DNA of 62,144 nucleotides, filler included, from Stramenopiles sp. TOSAG23-3 (GCA_900128585.1; 6 parts of 6 records of this genome joined end to end with filler, not necessarily neighbours in it), one strand, 5' to 3'; positions 21,016 to 32,354 are shown, numbered from the whole stretch's first letter. Numbers and translations: made by a program. Notes: generated by a model from the letters alone, not told the origin.

Positions 21016-21473
21016 AAAAAACAAGAGAAACTGGCTGTTATCTTTTATAGTAATAAAAATTAAAGAAAAAAGAAGGTGTCACTTCAAGAACAATATCTCC
21101 TCCTATTGCAGATCCTCCCCAAGTTCTGGTCAAGATTCCAATTGATTGGTCTTAAAAGTACAAGATAGGATCAGGATTGGAACTGAAATCGTAATTGATT
21201 TAAAATGTACTAATTATAAATTTGTTTTTTACTTGTTGCAGTGAAAGTTTAAAAATGAAAAATTGTCTGTTAATTTATTAAGTTTTTTTTATTAAGTGTA
21301 ATTAAAACACTGATCTTACTCAGTTAAAGTTTAAATTTTAATTTTAAAAAAAATGAGAAGTTGAATTTTAGATTAAAAACAAGAAAATTGGCTGTTATTT
21401 CCGATCTTAGATTTTTAATCTTCAAAGAAAGTTTCTAATTACTCTTAAAAATATTAACAGCCAATTTTCTTGT
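21016..21473. repeat. Dispersed AT-rich repeat element between convergent genes
   Basis: Motif at 21016-21040 (+), 21375-21397 (+, exact) and 21455-21473 (-); 21061-21145 matches 5191-5272; 21161-21205 matches 5501-5545. Confidence 0.8.
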
Positions 21474-21572
21474 CTTCAAAAGAAAGTTAATGTTTTGACT
21501 ACACAAAAAATTATTTTGTTTTTACATGTATATTGTGGGTCTTTAAAAAGTAAACACGAAGAGCGTGTACGA

Positions 21573-22997
21573 TCAATTAATATGGGGCTTGAAAAACTCG
21601 CTGTAGTCCGTCCAGACACCGAACAAACGCTTTGAAAACAGTTTCCGCGAGTCATCCAAGTTTTTTCTCATCGCGTCTTCAATGTTGTTGTTTGTAACGT
21701 CCAAGCGTTCAATAATCCTGTTGGTTTCCAACGATTCTCCTAACTTCATCACGCCCTCCCACTGCATTTGGTTGTTTTCCAAGTCCACCATGAGCAAGGC
21801 CACGTTGTTTTTGACGCACTCCGCCATCGCGGTCGCGCCTTCTACGCCGATGGCATTAAAACGCAGGCGGAGCACCTCCATGTAGGTGTTGCCGACAAGC
21901 TGCTCGGCAAGAGCGGTGGCACCCTCTGGCCCCAGCTTGCAACCGTACAAGTCCAGTTCTCGCACGCCCCCCCTGCGATTGTTCCGAAACGCTTTTGCTA
22001 TCGCAGTCACACCTTCCGGTTTTATGTCATTGAATTTCAACCCAAAGTGTTCCAGCGCCCGGTGCCGCTTTAACCCGGGGGCCATGGCCGTGCAGCCTTT
22101 TGGGCCAATCTCGGAATTAATTAAACGCAGTCGTTTCAAATACTTATTCTCTAACAGGCACTTTCCTATCTGTGTTGCGCCTTCGTCCTTCTGGCTGTAC
22201 ACAACCATGCGATTATCTTCGTACGCCTGCCTTTCCTTTATCTTTTCTATTTTCTTCCTCAATTGGCCGATCGACTCGTAGTAGTACTTCAAGTAAATAT
22301 CGCTTTCGTACTCGAAGAGTTCTGCCTCCGTTTCTTCCAAATCCACCTTTAGCTTCGCCTGTTCGTTTAAAATGTCCTCACGTACCTGTGTGGTGTGAAT
22401 GCGCAAGCTCCCGCACGCCTCTTTGAGAATCACGCGCTTCACCCCGGGCACAGGCTCAGACTCATCCGAGTCCGAGCCGTTGAGGACGTTCACTTCGAAG
22501 GCCTTTACCAAGTCGAGCATATTTTCTACTTCCTCCGAGTAGTATTCGACTTCTTCGACTTCGGACGAAGAGCTGCTGCTGCTGCTGGACTCTTTCTTCT
22601 TTCCACGCAACTTGTTCAGAAAGTTAGCCCCAGTGACCTTTTCCTTTCGCTTCTTTCGCTTTTCTTTTTGCTTTTGTTTAATCCGTTCCCTGGCCTCTTC
22701 GCTATCGGTGGTGTAGTCGCTCCCACTTGTTCCGCTGCCACTGCCACTGCCTTGATCCTCCTCCTCCTCCTGTTCCCCCACTTTAACATCAGCGGTACTT
22801 CCTTCTTCTTCGCCCTTTGCACTGTCGTTTTCATCGCTATCCTTGCTTTTCACGTTGTTGGTTTCCTCAGTTTCCGCCGCTGCGTCTTCAGCCTTTTCCC
22901 TCTCCTCATCGACGTCCTCGCGTTCGTCATCAGCTTCGGCATCTGTCTCCACGTCTGCAGTAGATAGGGCCGCCGCCTCTTCCGCAACCAACGCCAT
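21573..22997 (-). CDS. RNI-like LRR protein with acidic low-complexity N-terminus
   Basis: 28-aa repeats (LRLINSEIGPKGCTAMA, LDLYGCKLGPEGATALA, LRLRFNAIGVEGATAMA); first ATG at 22997 (ORF track uses GTG 23012; frame open to 23111). Confidence 0.85.
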   Translation of the reverse strand: MALVAEEAAALSTADVETDAEADDEREDVDEEREKAEDAAAETEETNNVKSKDSDENDSAKGEEEGSTADVKVGEQEEEEDQGSGSGSGTSGSDYTTDSEEARERIKQKQKEKRKKRKEKVTGANFLNKLRGKKKESSSSSSSSSEVEEVEYYSEEVENMLDLVKAFEVNVLNGSDSDESEPVPGVKRVILKEACGSLRIHTTQVREDILNEQAKLKVDLEETEAELFEYESDIYLKYYYESIGQLRKKIEKIKERQAYEDNRMVVYSQKDEGATQIGKCLLENKYLKRLRLINSEIGPKGCTAMAPGLKRHRALEHFGLKFNDIKPEGVTAIAKAFRNNRRGGVRELDLYGCKLGPEGATALAEQLVGNTYMEVLRLRFNAIGVEGATAMAECVKNNVALLMVDLENNQMQWEGVMKLGESLETNRIIERLDVTNNNIEDAMRKNLDDSRKLFSKRLFGVWTDYSEFFKPHIN

Positions 22998-23628
22998 TGG
23001 ATGGGTGTTCACTGACGCTGTAATGCTTTCCAGCGAACTATTGTTGTCTTTACTCCTTCTCGTATTGCTGCGCTGCTCCTTCTCTGCCGTGATTTTTTCT
23101 ATTTGAACTTGTCACACAATGCGGCAATATAATAACACCTGACCGTAGCAGTGTGAAAAAATTAAGACTAACTCGGTTTTCAAAAAAATATTTAAAAGGA
23201 GGAGGGGTTTTATGTTGTTGAATTTAATAAATACATAAGAATAGTATTAATAATAATTTAAGTATATTTATATTCACATATGTACAGTATTTATTATTTT
23301 CAACAATAAATAATATAACTATTTATAATTTAATAAAATAACGAAGTGATAAATATACAAAAGGAGCTAATCTTCTTTCTTTCTTCTTCCTTTCTTCCTT
23401 CCTTCTTCCTTTTCTTCCTTCTGGGGTAGTGCGTCCAACCCTGTTGTTGTTTTGTTTTTGGTTTTATAGTTTTCAATGCATCGTCTTAGTTGATCATTCG
23501 TGTAATAAGTTTGGTGCCTGGGGTGAAGGGTAAAGATCGGAATCGAATAAAGACGAGGGGAGCTTATCATCCGATGGCGCCCGATGATGAATCGATAAAA
23601 AGGCAAGCAAGGAGAAGGAGTTGCTTAG

Positions 23629-24711
23629 ATGTTAGTACGGTTTTTACCAAATTTGTGCGGACGTCTGAAAAAAAGTTGGTTCGCTATGAGTTCAAAGACA
23701 GTTGGGCAGTTTAGTACCGGGGGGGTGTATCCCACTGGGATAACTGAGAAAGGTTTGAAAGTCAAGGAATCGGCCACGGTTGTGCTAGTGCGACAGTCGG
23801 GAAATTTGCCGCCGCGAAAAGTTTCAAGGGGCGATTTTGGAGCGGCTGGCGCGTTGTATGATAAAGAAAGTAGGGTTAAATGCGTTTTTGGAGACCAACA
23901 AGAAGCCGAGTTCCTTCACGGTTGGGAAGTGCTTATGATGCAACGCCAGGCTATCAATTGGATCAGGTCGACTGCAGTTGACGTTGCGCCAATGAGGTAC
24001 CCAGGCGAGTATACATTTCCAGGCGGAGGCCGCGACGAAGGCGAGACCATTAGAGAAACAGCGCTCCGAGAGCTGACGGAAGAGTTAGGGATCGACGTTC
24101 CGGACTCGACCCTTCACTTATTCAACGTCAGGCAAACACGTCCGGTTAGGGGTGTCAGCTACATCATGTACAATTTCGTCATGCTTGAGAGTCAGAACGA
24201 ATGGATAAAGGCATTAAATATTGAACGTATCAATGCATCTCTGCGGGAAAAGGAAGAAGCTTTTGAAAAGATGCGAGAAAGTGGGGAGTTTTTCAATTTG
24301 TCAGCCGAACAGAGGCACCACTTTTCCCCAGAAATGCATGATGTACAGTGGCTGCATCTCTGCGACGCTGCCGTCAACGCATTTACGTCTATGAACCCAA
24401 ACTTGACGTTTGTAAACAGATGGCAGGAGGAGAAATTTCTTCGTTATAATTTTCAACGACGCGACCCGATGTTTGTAACGCTGCAAACAATCGTACAAAT
24501 GGACGCATTCCACAGCCCTTCCGCGTTGCTAGATTTTTGTAAATCCCTTGGATCTGCGGAAGATGAATTAGGGAAAATCCAGTATTTGTACGATGGTATG
24601 GCAGAAGAGGCCGTGTTTCAGACTTTTCAAGGAAAGCGGGGTGGGCGCAACGAAATAGCATCCATGGCTGACTTAAGAAAACATCAATGCGATCAAAAAA
24701 GCAGAATGTGA
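23629..24711 (+). CDS. Nudix hydrolase
   Basis: Nudix box FPGGGRDEGETIRETALRELTEELGI; second ATG at 23686. Confidence 0.88.
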   Translation: MLVRFLPNLCGRLKKSWFAMSSKTVGQFSTGGVYPTGITEKGLKVKESATVVLVRQSGNLPPRKVSRGDFGAAGALYDKESRVKCVFGDQQEAEFLHGWEVLMMQRQAINWIRSTAVDVAPMRYPGEYTFPGGGRDEGETIRETALRELTEELGIDVPDSTLHLFNVRQTRPVRGVSYIMYNFVMLESQNEWIKALNIERINASLREKEEAFEKMRESGEFFNLSAEQRHHFSPEMHDVQWLHLCDAAVNAFTSMNPNLTFVNRWQEEKFLRYNFQRRDPMFVTLQTIVQMDAFHSPSALLDFCKSLGSAEDELGKIQYLYDGMAEEAVFQTFQGKRGGRNEIASMADLRKHQCDQKSRM

Positions 24712-25002
24712 CGTGACAGAAGGATTTTCGATGTTGCCTCCGTATATATCAAAGATATTTTACGAGGAGTACACGAAGTTCTCGAAAAATTTCAGATTCA
24801 TAGATACAACATTTTCATACGTAATAGAAGTACAAATATAAACACAATTATTCAAGAATACATAAAATATATACTTATAATAATATATACAACTATCAAA
24901 ATCAACATTGAAAACAACCAACGTACACTTTTCTTTCTGTACTACAAATGCTATTCTGAGTATCTACTACTGTACCGTTCGTATAGATGTATTAATATTT
25001 AA

Positions 25003-25025
25003 TAACAGCCAATTTTCTTGTTTTT
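25003..25025 (-). repeat. Solo exact copy of the 23-bp dispersed motif
   Basis: TAACAGCCAATTTTCTTGTTTTT is the reverse complement of AAAAACAAGAAAATTGGCTGTTA. Confidence 0.85.
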
Positions 25026-25517
25026 AATATTTAGTCTAAGTAAAAGTCCATGCTGCTTTCTGCTTTCTGTTTCATTGATTATTTAAATTATTTTTATTGC
25101 TTCTTCTTCTTCATGTAAAAAATAGTCTGCAAAACAAAACAACAATAACCCATTTAAAGTATGCTATGTCCCTGTGAAAATTACCGCAACAGCGCAGGAG
25201 CAGATATTTTAGCTAGCGGCGAAGCAAGCAGCAAAGAAACCACATCAATGTTGTCCAACGTTGTGTGTATGTAATAGTGGTGGTTAGGATGAATAAAAAA
25301 AAAAAAAAAAGAATAAAAAAGTGCGCGCAAAAAAAGAAGAGTTTCGGTTGAATTATTTGTTTGGAGAACATTGGGTATTCGACGCGTGCAAAATTGAAGA
25401 AATGTGGGATGCTAATTCTTGCTTTCATGAGATTGCAACGACCTTTGAATATCAAAAACATAACGTAACGCCACCCAAGAGAGGTTTAAACTACGGCACG
25501 AGTCGCTTGTACGTATT

Positions 25518-26678
25518 ATGCCAGGGGTGGTAACTCTAGATGCAATAGGGCCAGGGTCCCCCGAAAAACAGAGGCTTGACGAGGAGTCGTCACCCCAGAA
25601 GCGCAAAAGCTTTTTTAAAAAGACTGCAGTGAGTCTCTCCTTCAGCCCATCCAAAAAAGCTGGAAAGTTGGCGCTGAAAAGAAAGGAACAATTCAAACCC
25701 GAGACGCCAGGAAATATTTCCGACTCGACAGTATCAGAGGTATCGGACTTTGAAAGAGACGAGGACGCGGACAATAACGTTTCAACTGTATATGATGTAG
25801 GAAACGATGCTATCCCCGAAACGATCGTGGAAACGGAAGAGGAAGCTGACGAAGATGGCCCAGAAACAGACTGGATTGAAGAAAGTGATAAGAAGCTGGA
25901 GTCCAGACTGGACAAGCTTTGCAACAATTGCAACACTAGAAATTGCGTTTGGTACTGTCACGGCTGCAATTATCAATTCTGCCACGGATGCCACAGCACA
26001 ATCCACAAGACCTTTGTATTACAGCATAATTTTCGCACGGAACACTTTATAGAACGCGTGGATGGAAAGAATATTCACTGCAGCCACTGCCGTAAATCGG
26101 TCTGGGACTTGCACCAAACAGGTTTTGCATCCTGGCAAGAAAAATACCAGAAAAAATTCGACAAAGCGCTGGCCCAGGCTCTGAGGAAAGGGGAGAAGAA
26201 AGCGACCAGCAGATGCAACGCCGATTGGGCTTCTCGGGAGGCTCAGCTCAAGAGAACAATACGACAGAATGTGAAAGAACAGGAATTGAAAGATGCGCTT
26301 GGGGAGATGAACGAACGTGTCGAACGTGACCTTAAAATAGAATACAAAAGGCTACTGAAACCGTTCAAGTTTAATGCAAAGCAAATGGTTCCATCTGAGC
26401 GTTTCAATGAACACGGTTCAGCTTTTCAGTTCTGCTTTCAGAGAATGGACACGTTGTGTAAGTCTTGCATACGTTACATGGAATCTAACCCAGCGGGAAA
26501 GAAGAGTCTAAAAATACACGCCTATGCAGCACCACAGCCACAAATTGACCCGGATGTTGTTGCAAAGAGAGTTTTAAAACGGCTAAAGCTTGAACGAGAA
26601 GCTAGGATGGCGGCCCAAGCTTTGAAAGTGACAAATGCAGAGAAGCCGAAAAAATCTAAATTTTGTTCGATCCAATGA
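25518..26678 (+). CDS. B-box zinc-finger/coiled-coil protein ending in polybasic + CaaX motif
   Basis: CNNC-x8-CHGC-x4-CHGC-x3-H...H B-box pattern; coiled coil; C-terminus KPKKSKFCSIQ*. Confidence 0.8.
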   Translation: MPGVVTLDAIGPGSPEKQRLDEESSPQKRKSFFKKTAVSLSFSPSKKAGKLALKRKEQFKPETPGNISDSTVSEVSDFERDEDADNNVSTVYDVGNDAIPETIVETEEEADEDGPETDWIEESDKKLESRLDKLCNNCNTRNCVWYCHGCNYQFCHGCHSTIHKTFVLQHNFRTEHFIERVDGKNIHCSHCRKSVWDLHQTGFASWQEKYQKKFDKALAQALRKGEKKATSRCNADWASREAQLKRTIRQNVKEQELKDALGEMNERVERDLKIEYKRLLKPFKFNAKQMVPSERFNEHGSAFQFCFQRMDTLCKSCIRYMESNPAGKKSLKIHAYAAPQPQIDPDVVAKRVLKRLKLEREARMAAQALKVTNAEKPKKSKFCSIQ

Positions 26679-26884
26679 TTGTAAGAAGTAAACTTATGGG
26701 AGGGCACGCGTGAAAAGTGAAAGCATGTAGTGCAAAGAGACCACGAATCCAGGGCCGCGATGCCACTGCGTGTGCGACATTTTTGCTCTCTTGGACTTGT
26801 ATTTAAAAATTTAAGAATTCTGAAAATAGATCATAATGTCTCGCTCTGTATTCGTACATTACTTTTTCTTGCCCTCGTAATTTT

Positions 26885-28018
26885 TCACGCAGTGCCGTCG
26901 CTTTCGGCACGGTCGCTTTTGCCCTTCGCTGCCTCCGTGTCCACGTCATGTTTCACCTTGTAAATGTCAATAATGACCGGAAACATACGGTATTTGTTTG
27001 CTGCATTCACAAACGTAATATCGTGTTTTTTTTCTTTATTCCCTATTTTAAACGGCCGTTCTGCACCGCACACCTCGCACATTAAAAACGAACCATCTTG
27101 ATTGAAAAACGTACAGGATCCACAAGTCCACCCCACACTCTGCTTGTCCTCTCCGCCGGTCGCTGCCGACTCTCTATCTTCATTCTCTTCTTCTCGAACA
27201 CTCTTCGTCCCATTCGGGTTGCCGCTGCCTGCCGTGTTTTCTGCTGTCCCCCGATCCCCTTTCCTTGCATTTCTTTGGTTAAAAAGACGGCCTTTCGCAG
27301 CGAGGCGTGCAGCATGGACGTCGCGGATGTCTATTGACGCCCTGGCGATACCGGAAGCATCATGGCAGTGACCAAATAAATGCAACGTTGGGCATGCTCG
27401 TACCACGTTATCAAAAAGCGCTGTGCACCCCATAAAAGTAACCTTTCCTGATTTTTCTTTTCTATCCAATATACCATAGGGGGGGCTGTGGGTAATCAGA
27501 ACGTCAACGTCACACGGTATTTTGCTCCAATGACGTGAACAGTCTGCAACAGGGACGGAGAACGCGTTGGCGCGTTTAAAAATGTCCCTGTCCTTGTTCC
27601 ATGGTCCCCCCCAAAACGTAAAGCCGTTCAGACGGAATCCATCGCCCTCCAAATAAATTGCTTCGGAAATGGTCTTCCTATTGTCTTCTTTCTTCTTTCC
27701 AAACAAAGATATCTCGTGGTTTCCGGAGACGCATATCTTCACTGGGTGCTGCTGTTCGCCCATCCAAGAATTAAAGTCCTGCGTATCTTTCTGCGTCGTT
27801 GCCCAGTTCGACCAGTCCCCACAGTGTATCAAGACGTCCCCATCGGGCAACTTTCCCAGCTCACGGTGGCGTTTGTGGGTGTCCGAAACTACGATTATGC
27901 GCATCTTAACTGCACCCGGTGCATCTTTTGGCCCGACGACAAGGGGTACATTTTCTTCGCAGGAAATTCGCTGCACTGGTATCACAGGCCGAGTACCTTT
28001 CGCAGACTTGTTTCCCAT
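26885..28018 (-). CDS. Calcineurin-like metallophosphoesterase (MPPED-like) with inserted RanBP2-type zinc finger
   Basis: SDTH, HCGD, GNHE, THSPP, FGHCH and TFVNAA motifs; WTCGSCTFFN...CEVCG; first ATG MGNKSAK at 28018. Confidence 0.88.
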   Translation of the reverse strand: MGNKSAKGTRPVIPVQRISCEENVPLVVGPKDAPGAVKMRIIVVSDTHKRHRELGKLPDGDVLIHCGDWSNWATTQKDTQDFNSWMGEQQHPVKICVSGNHEISLFGKKKEDNRKTISEAIYLEGDGFRLNGFTFWGGPWNKDRDIFKRANAFSVPVADCSRHWSKIPCDVDVLITHSPPYGILDRKEKSGKVTFMGCTALFDNVVRACPTLHLFGHCHDASGIARASIDIRDVHAARLAAKGRLFNQRNARKGDRGTAENTAGSGNPNGTKSVREEENEDRESAATGGEDKQSVGWTCGSCTFFNQDGSFLMCEVCGAERPFKIGNKEKKHDITFVNAANKYRMFPVIIDIYKVKHDVDTEAAKGKSDRAESDGTA

Positions 28019-28499
28019 GCGTTTACTATATATATATATGCCCCTGCGCAATTTCGCAGTAACTAACGGCGCACGCACACGAAAATACAAAATGAGAAAA
28101 TTACCACAGTGGATGAAATCGGTTCTGGCTTGTAATTATTGCGATCGAATTTTTCTTTTTCAGAGTTTTTTCAGAGCAGGATCTTAATCTCTATACGACC
28201 ATACATAATGCAACTATAAATCTTTGTCCACAAATATATTATTTACATCTGGACTACGAGGTAGTTCTCTGAAACGACTTTGAACTCTTTTGTGCTTCAA
28301 CAAAATGTAAAATATTATATACTAGAAGATGATGATACCAGAAGACGACTCAGTATTACCTGTACTGGTACCGTACCTGTAAATATTAATAACTATATTA
28401 TTAGTCGTTCTATTATTATTATATTATTAATACTCGTACTATCCTCGTCATAATACGAGGCTAATAATAATAAATAAATAATAAAATAATATTTATAAA

Positions 28500-28982
28500 A
28501 AAATAAAAAAAGGAGAGGGGAGGGAGGAGGAAGAACGGAAGAAGAAGAACGGAAGAAGAAGAAGAAGGAGGAGGAGGGAGGAGGGAGGAGGGAGGATCGA
28601 AGATCGAAGAAAGAAGAAGAAGGCTCCCTCTATTTATATAATAGAAACAGAAGCAGAGGAAGGAGAAAAACAAATAACAGGAAGACAATAAAAGATTTTT
28701 TATTATTTATTTTACTACAGTTATTAATACTATTTTATTATTATGTAATAATACTATTTATTTATTTTTAAGATCGAATATTTATTATATTTATACTAGA
28801 CTATTATTATACTACCTTGGTATGAGGATTTTATAGAAGAAAAAGGAAGAAGAGAAAGAAGAAGAGCAAAAAAAAGAAAGAGGAAAGAGAAGAAAGAGAA
28901 GAAAGAGAAGGAAGAAGAAGAAAAGAGAAGAAAGAGAAGAAAGAGAAGAAAAGAGAAGAGAGAGAAGAAAGAGAAGAAGAGA
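28500..28982. repeat. Purine-rich (GAA/GAG) low-complexity tracts in a divergent intergenic region
   Basis: GAAGAA/GGAGG/AAGAG runs at ~28510-28620 and ~28835-28982. Confidence 0.8.
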
Positions 28983-29254
28983 CCAAAAAAATACTCCACC
29001 GCCACTCTCTCTTCTCTTTAAAAAAATATTAATATTAAATAATGTCTCTCACCTACCTATAATACCACATTAACGATCAAAACAAACAAGGTTCTTCAAG
29101 CACTAAGAAAATCATTATTAACAACAGTACTTATAAAGAAGAAACAGCAGCACTATTCGTTTTCAAGAACGAACAATGAAGGCAAATCCTGTACGGTGTA
29201 ATACTGGGAAGGCATCGTTTCTTTTGTTTTTTCATTTTTGGGTTATAATAGGCG

Positions 29255-29959
29255 ATGAGGAATCGCGCGGCGGGTGCTGACTCTTCGCCAGCAGTGGGTA
29301 AAACAACGAAGGCGCCTGCAGTCGCATTTTTTGATGTAGATGGGACGCTTTACCAGTCCAATGCTTTGCGGATCGTATGGTACAGTCTTTTTCATGGAAC
29401 TTGGAGAGATCGGCTTATTGGATTAATGGCGGCAATGCTTTCCCCTTTGTTTGTGTTTTTGTATTTTTTTGTGAGTGTCAAAATCGCCACCCTTGTTATC
29501 TGTTTACCATATTATGGCGTTGATATTTCAAGAGTCGAAGCTTTTTACAGAGAGTACAGCGCGCCAATAATCAACGAGGCCATTGAAGCGTTGAAATGGC
29601 ACCTTAAAGAGGGGCACTTTGTTTGCACGATCACGACGTCGCCCACCTTTTATTTTGAGCAAAAGTTGAAGTCTTTGGGAGTCCATCGTGTTTGCGGAAC
29701 GAAGATCTCAAGAAAGGATGGTAGGTTTGGGATCCTGGAAGAGGTAATCGACGGTGCGGGGAAAGCGAGTTTGGCGGAATCAATTTTGACTGAATTCGAC
29801 CTTTCGTGGAGTGATGCGTATTTTTACACCGACTCGCACCATGACTTGCCGCTTTTGACAAAGGTGAAACACCCGCGGCTTGTGCGCCCAAGTTTTGTTT
29901 TAAAACAATTTGCGAAAAGGCATCCTGAATTTCAAATCTTGCCGACGGCTGACGCGTAG
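29255..29959 (+). CDS. HAD-IB family hydrolase (SerB/phosphoserine-phosphatase-like)
   Basis: AFFDVDGTL, ITTSP, GAGK, YFYTDSHHDLPLL; hydrophobic cap segment. Confidence 0.85.
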   Translation: MRNRAAGADSSPAVGKTTKAPAVAFFDVDGTLYQSNALRIVWYSLFHGTWRDRLIGLMAAMLSPLFVFLYFFVSVKIATLVICLPYYGVDISRVEAFYREYSAPIINEAIEALKWHLKEGHFVCTITTSPTFYFEQKLKSLGVHRVCGTKISRKDGRFGILEEVIDGAGKASLAESILTEFDLSWSDAYFYTDSHHDLPLLTKVKHPRLVRPSFVLKQFAKRHPEFQILPTADA

Positions 29960-30070
29960 GGGCCCCTGGAGAACAGCGATGGTTATGTCCCATTCTTTTT
30001 TGTTTGTTAAAATTAAATACTTTTCGTACTGTTCTTAAGCTAATGTTACAATATATCACTGTATTCATTC

Positions 30071-31774
30071 TCACCCGGTTCTCTTCCTTGATTTTCTATA
30101 CCATATTGACGCATACCCATGGTGCTCGCTCGCGTCCGCGTCCCCTTTCAAGTGGCTGTGGAACAGGGAGGTGACCTTTTCATACCCGTGCCGTTGAAAA
30201 AAAGGAAGCAACGACCGTTCGAAAGAGTCAAATGTGACCATATGGCTTGGAAGTTCATGATGCTTCCATTTCACCCATACGCCTTCCGTACTAATGGCTG
30301 GATCTGTTTCTCCTCCCTTCTCCACGCTGGAATAAATTTCATTCACAAATGCAAGAGGGTTTCTTTCAAAATACTTCACTTGCTGAAGGTCCCGTCTTGC
30401 CGATGGCGGCTCAACCATGTACGGGGGAGAGCAGTCGATGAACCACATTGGAACGTTCCGGTGCAAATGGCTGTAATAGGGCGTGCTATGGCATGGCATC
30501 AAAAAGTGAACCCTTTTCAGATCCCTACTGTTCGAAATTCCTTCGTTTCGCAAAAATCTCATGACACTTATCGGGCTCTTCTGGTGCACGAACGATAGGT
30601 AAGCCGCCATAACGGCATTCACAGCGACGATGACAGCGACACTCCTCTGCCCCCATTGGACAGCCGCCGGGGATGGTGATTTTTCTTTCCATTTGCTAGC
30701 AGCTCTACAAATGACGTCTAGTGCGTAGCCGCAATACACCAGGGCCATGGGAAGCAGCGGCAAGACAAACCGGAACTCTTTGTGCCCGCCAAAGCTGTAG
30801 ATTATCATTGCCCAAAGCATGGCATACCCCAGAACCCGGGGATCGCCGCGTCCCGCGTCCCGTTGAGACGCATCCTCGCGGGGCAGGGCCCACGCTTTTC
30901 TAATCCCATGGAGAAGAAACGGTACGAAAACCCCCAAGACCGTCGTGAACCCTTCCGTAAAGTACCAATAAAATGGGTGGGTGCCATACAGTTTGTCCAA
31001 ACCTTTGAAAACATTAAACTCCAAAAAGTTCCAAATAACGAAGGTCCATTCGCCATAAAACACCCTGTCAATGGCCAAGGATAGCAGCAACAGCCCAAAG
31101 GCCATCGGCAAAGCCAGCTTCAACACAAAATTGAAACGATCGATCCAATTCCTCATTCCGACCATCTCCGTCAGAGCGATGTATACCCACACGACCCCAC
31201 TTGTAGGCCGAAGGATCACCGCAAATCCAGCAAAGAACAGGGCTTTTACGTAGCTTTCGACGCCCTGGTCCCCAGCGCCCCGCTTGGCCCCCAGGGGCCA
31301 GTGAAACAACGACACCACGGTAACGACCGACTCGACAGAATTCGAAAACGTCCGGACGGTGCAAAAAAAGTTGAACCAGGAACACACGGAACAAAACAGT
31401 GCCCAGCTAGCGCTTTCGCGGCCAAATATCTTAAGCGCTAAGTAGTAAGTGTAGTAGTCCCCCACAGCCGCCACTACCCCCTGGATTACCCGTGGCAAGT
31501 ACGCAACCAGCGCCGGACTGTCCAAGCCAAGCAGTGCCAACATTTTGTAGGGAATGGCAAAAAATAGAAAGGGGTGTGCAGCGCCACGAAGTTTTGCCCT
31601 TGCTCTCCACTCCCATGTCAAATGTCCGTACCCAAAAACCATATTATGCGCCACTTCTGGCCCTTGCCAAAACTCATCCGGGTTGAAGTACGTGTCAACA
31701 ACAAGTGCATTCAACACCCGAAAGAGAACCAGGTAGAAAAAGTTCGGGCGAATACCCGACAGGCGCTTTAACAT
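30071..31774 (-). CDS. PIGB: GPI mannosyltransferase 3 (PIG-B/Gpi10)
   Basis: TYFNPDEFWQGPEVAHNMVFGYGHLTWEW, RTFSNS, LYGTHPFYWYF, HKEFRFVLP, FLMPCHSTPYYSHLH; multi-TM; likely ATG at 31774 (ORF track starts at TTG 31885). Confidence 0.95.
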   Translation of the reverse strand: MLKRLSGIRPNFFYLVLFRVLNALVVDTYFNPDEFWQGPEVAHNMVFGYGHLTWEWRARAKLRGAAHPFLFFAIPYKMLALLGLDSPALVAYLPRVIQGVVAAVGDYYTYYLALKIFGRESASWALFCSVCSWFNFFCTVRTFSNSVESVVTVVSLFHWPLGAKRGAGDQGVESYVKALFFAGFAVILRPTSGVVWVYIALTEMVGMRNWIDRFNFVLKLALPMAFGLLLLSLAIDRVFYGEWTFVIWNFLEFNVFKGLDKLYGTHPFYWYFTEGFTTVLGVFVPFLLHGIRKAWALPREDASQRDAGRGDPRVLGYAMLWAMIIYSFGGHKEFRFVLPLLPMALVYCGYALDVICRAASKWKEKSPSPAAVQWGQRSVAVIVAVNAVMAAYLSFVHQKSPISVMRFLRNEGISNSRDLKRVHFLMPCHSTPYYSHLHRNVPMWFIDCSPPYMVEPPSARRDLQQVKYFERNPLAFVNEIYSSVEKGGETDPAISTEGVWVKWKHHELPSHMVTFDSFERSLLPFFQRHGYEKVTSLFHSHLKGDADASEHHGYASIWYRKSRKRTG

Positions 31775-32354
31775 TTTTGGGTGAAACAGAAAACTTCTCT
31801 GCCGTATATACAGAAACAAACTGACAAGCAAACAAAAACAAAAAATCGGCTCAAGTAACACAATTCCAAAGGACAATGAAAACAAGGGCAGATTGAAAAG
31901 AGGAAAGAGAAGCGAAAGATAGAAAATTGCAAACTTACAACATGTTAGAACGACTATTCACATCGGTATTACTATATTTATCATAAGATTCTTATTTTCT
32001 TCACCAGACGACAGACACATTAATTATGATGAGGAGGAGGGAGGAGGTGCTTCTTCTTCTTCTTGGTTATTACATCTTATTTTCTTTTTTTTCACTTCTC
32101 TTCTTCTTCTTCTTTGTTCTTATTAATATTACTTCTTTTGGTGGTGGTATTTTATTATTAATTATTAATTATTCATCGTCACAGAAGAAATTTGAAATAA
32201 AAAGTAGAATAGACTTCTTTAAAAAGGAAAGAGATTTTTTGTTTGCCTATGACTGTATAATCGTGTGGTAAAATGTATTGAATGAAACCGTAAGGGCGAA
32301 CACCGTTGCAATTGCGCAGGAATACGTTTTAAGTTTAAAAGGGAGAGCACGTCC

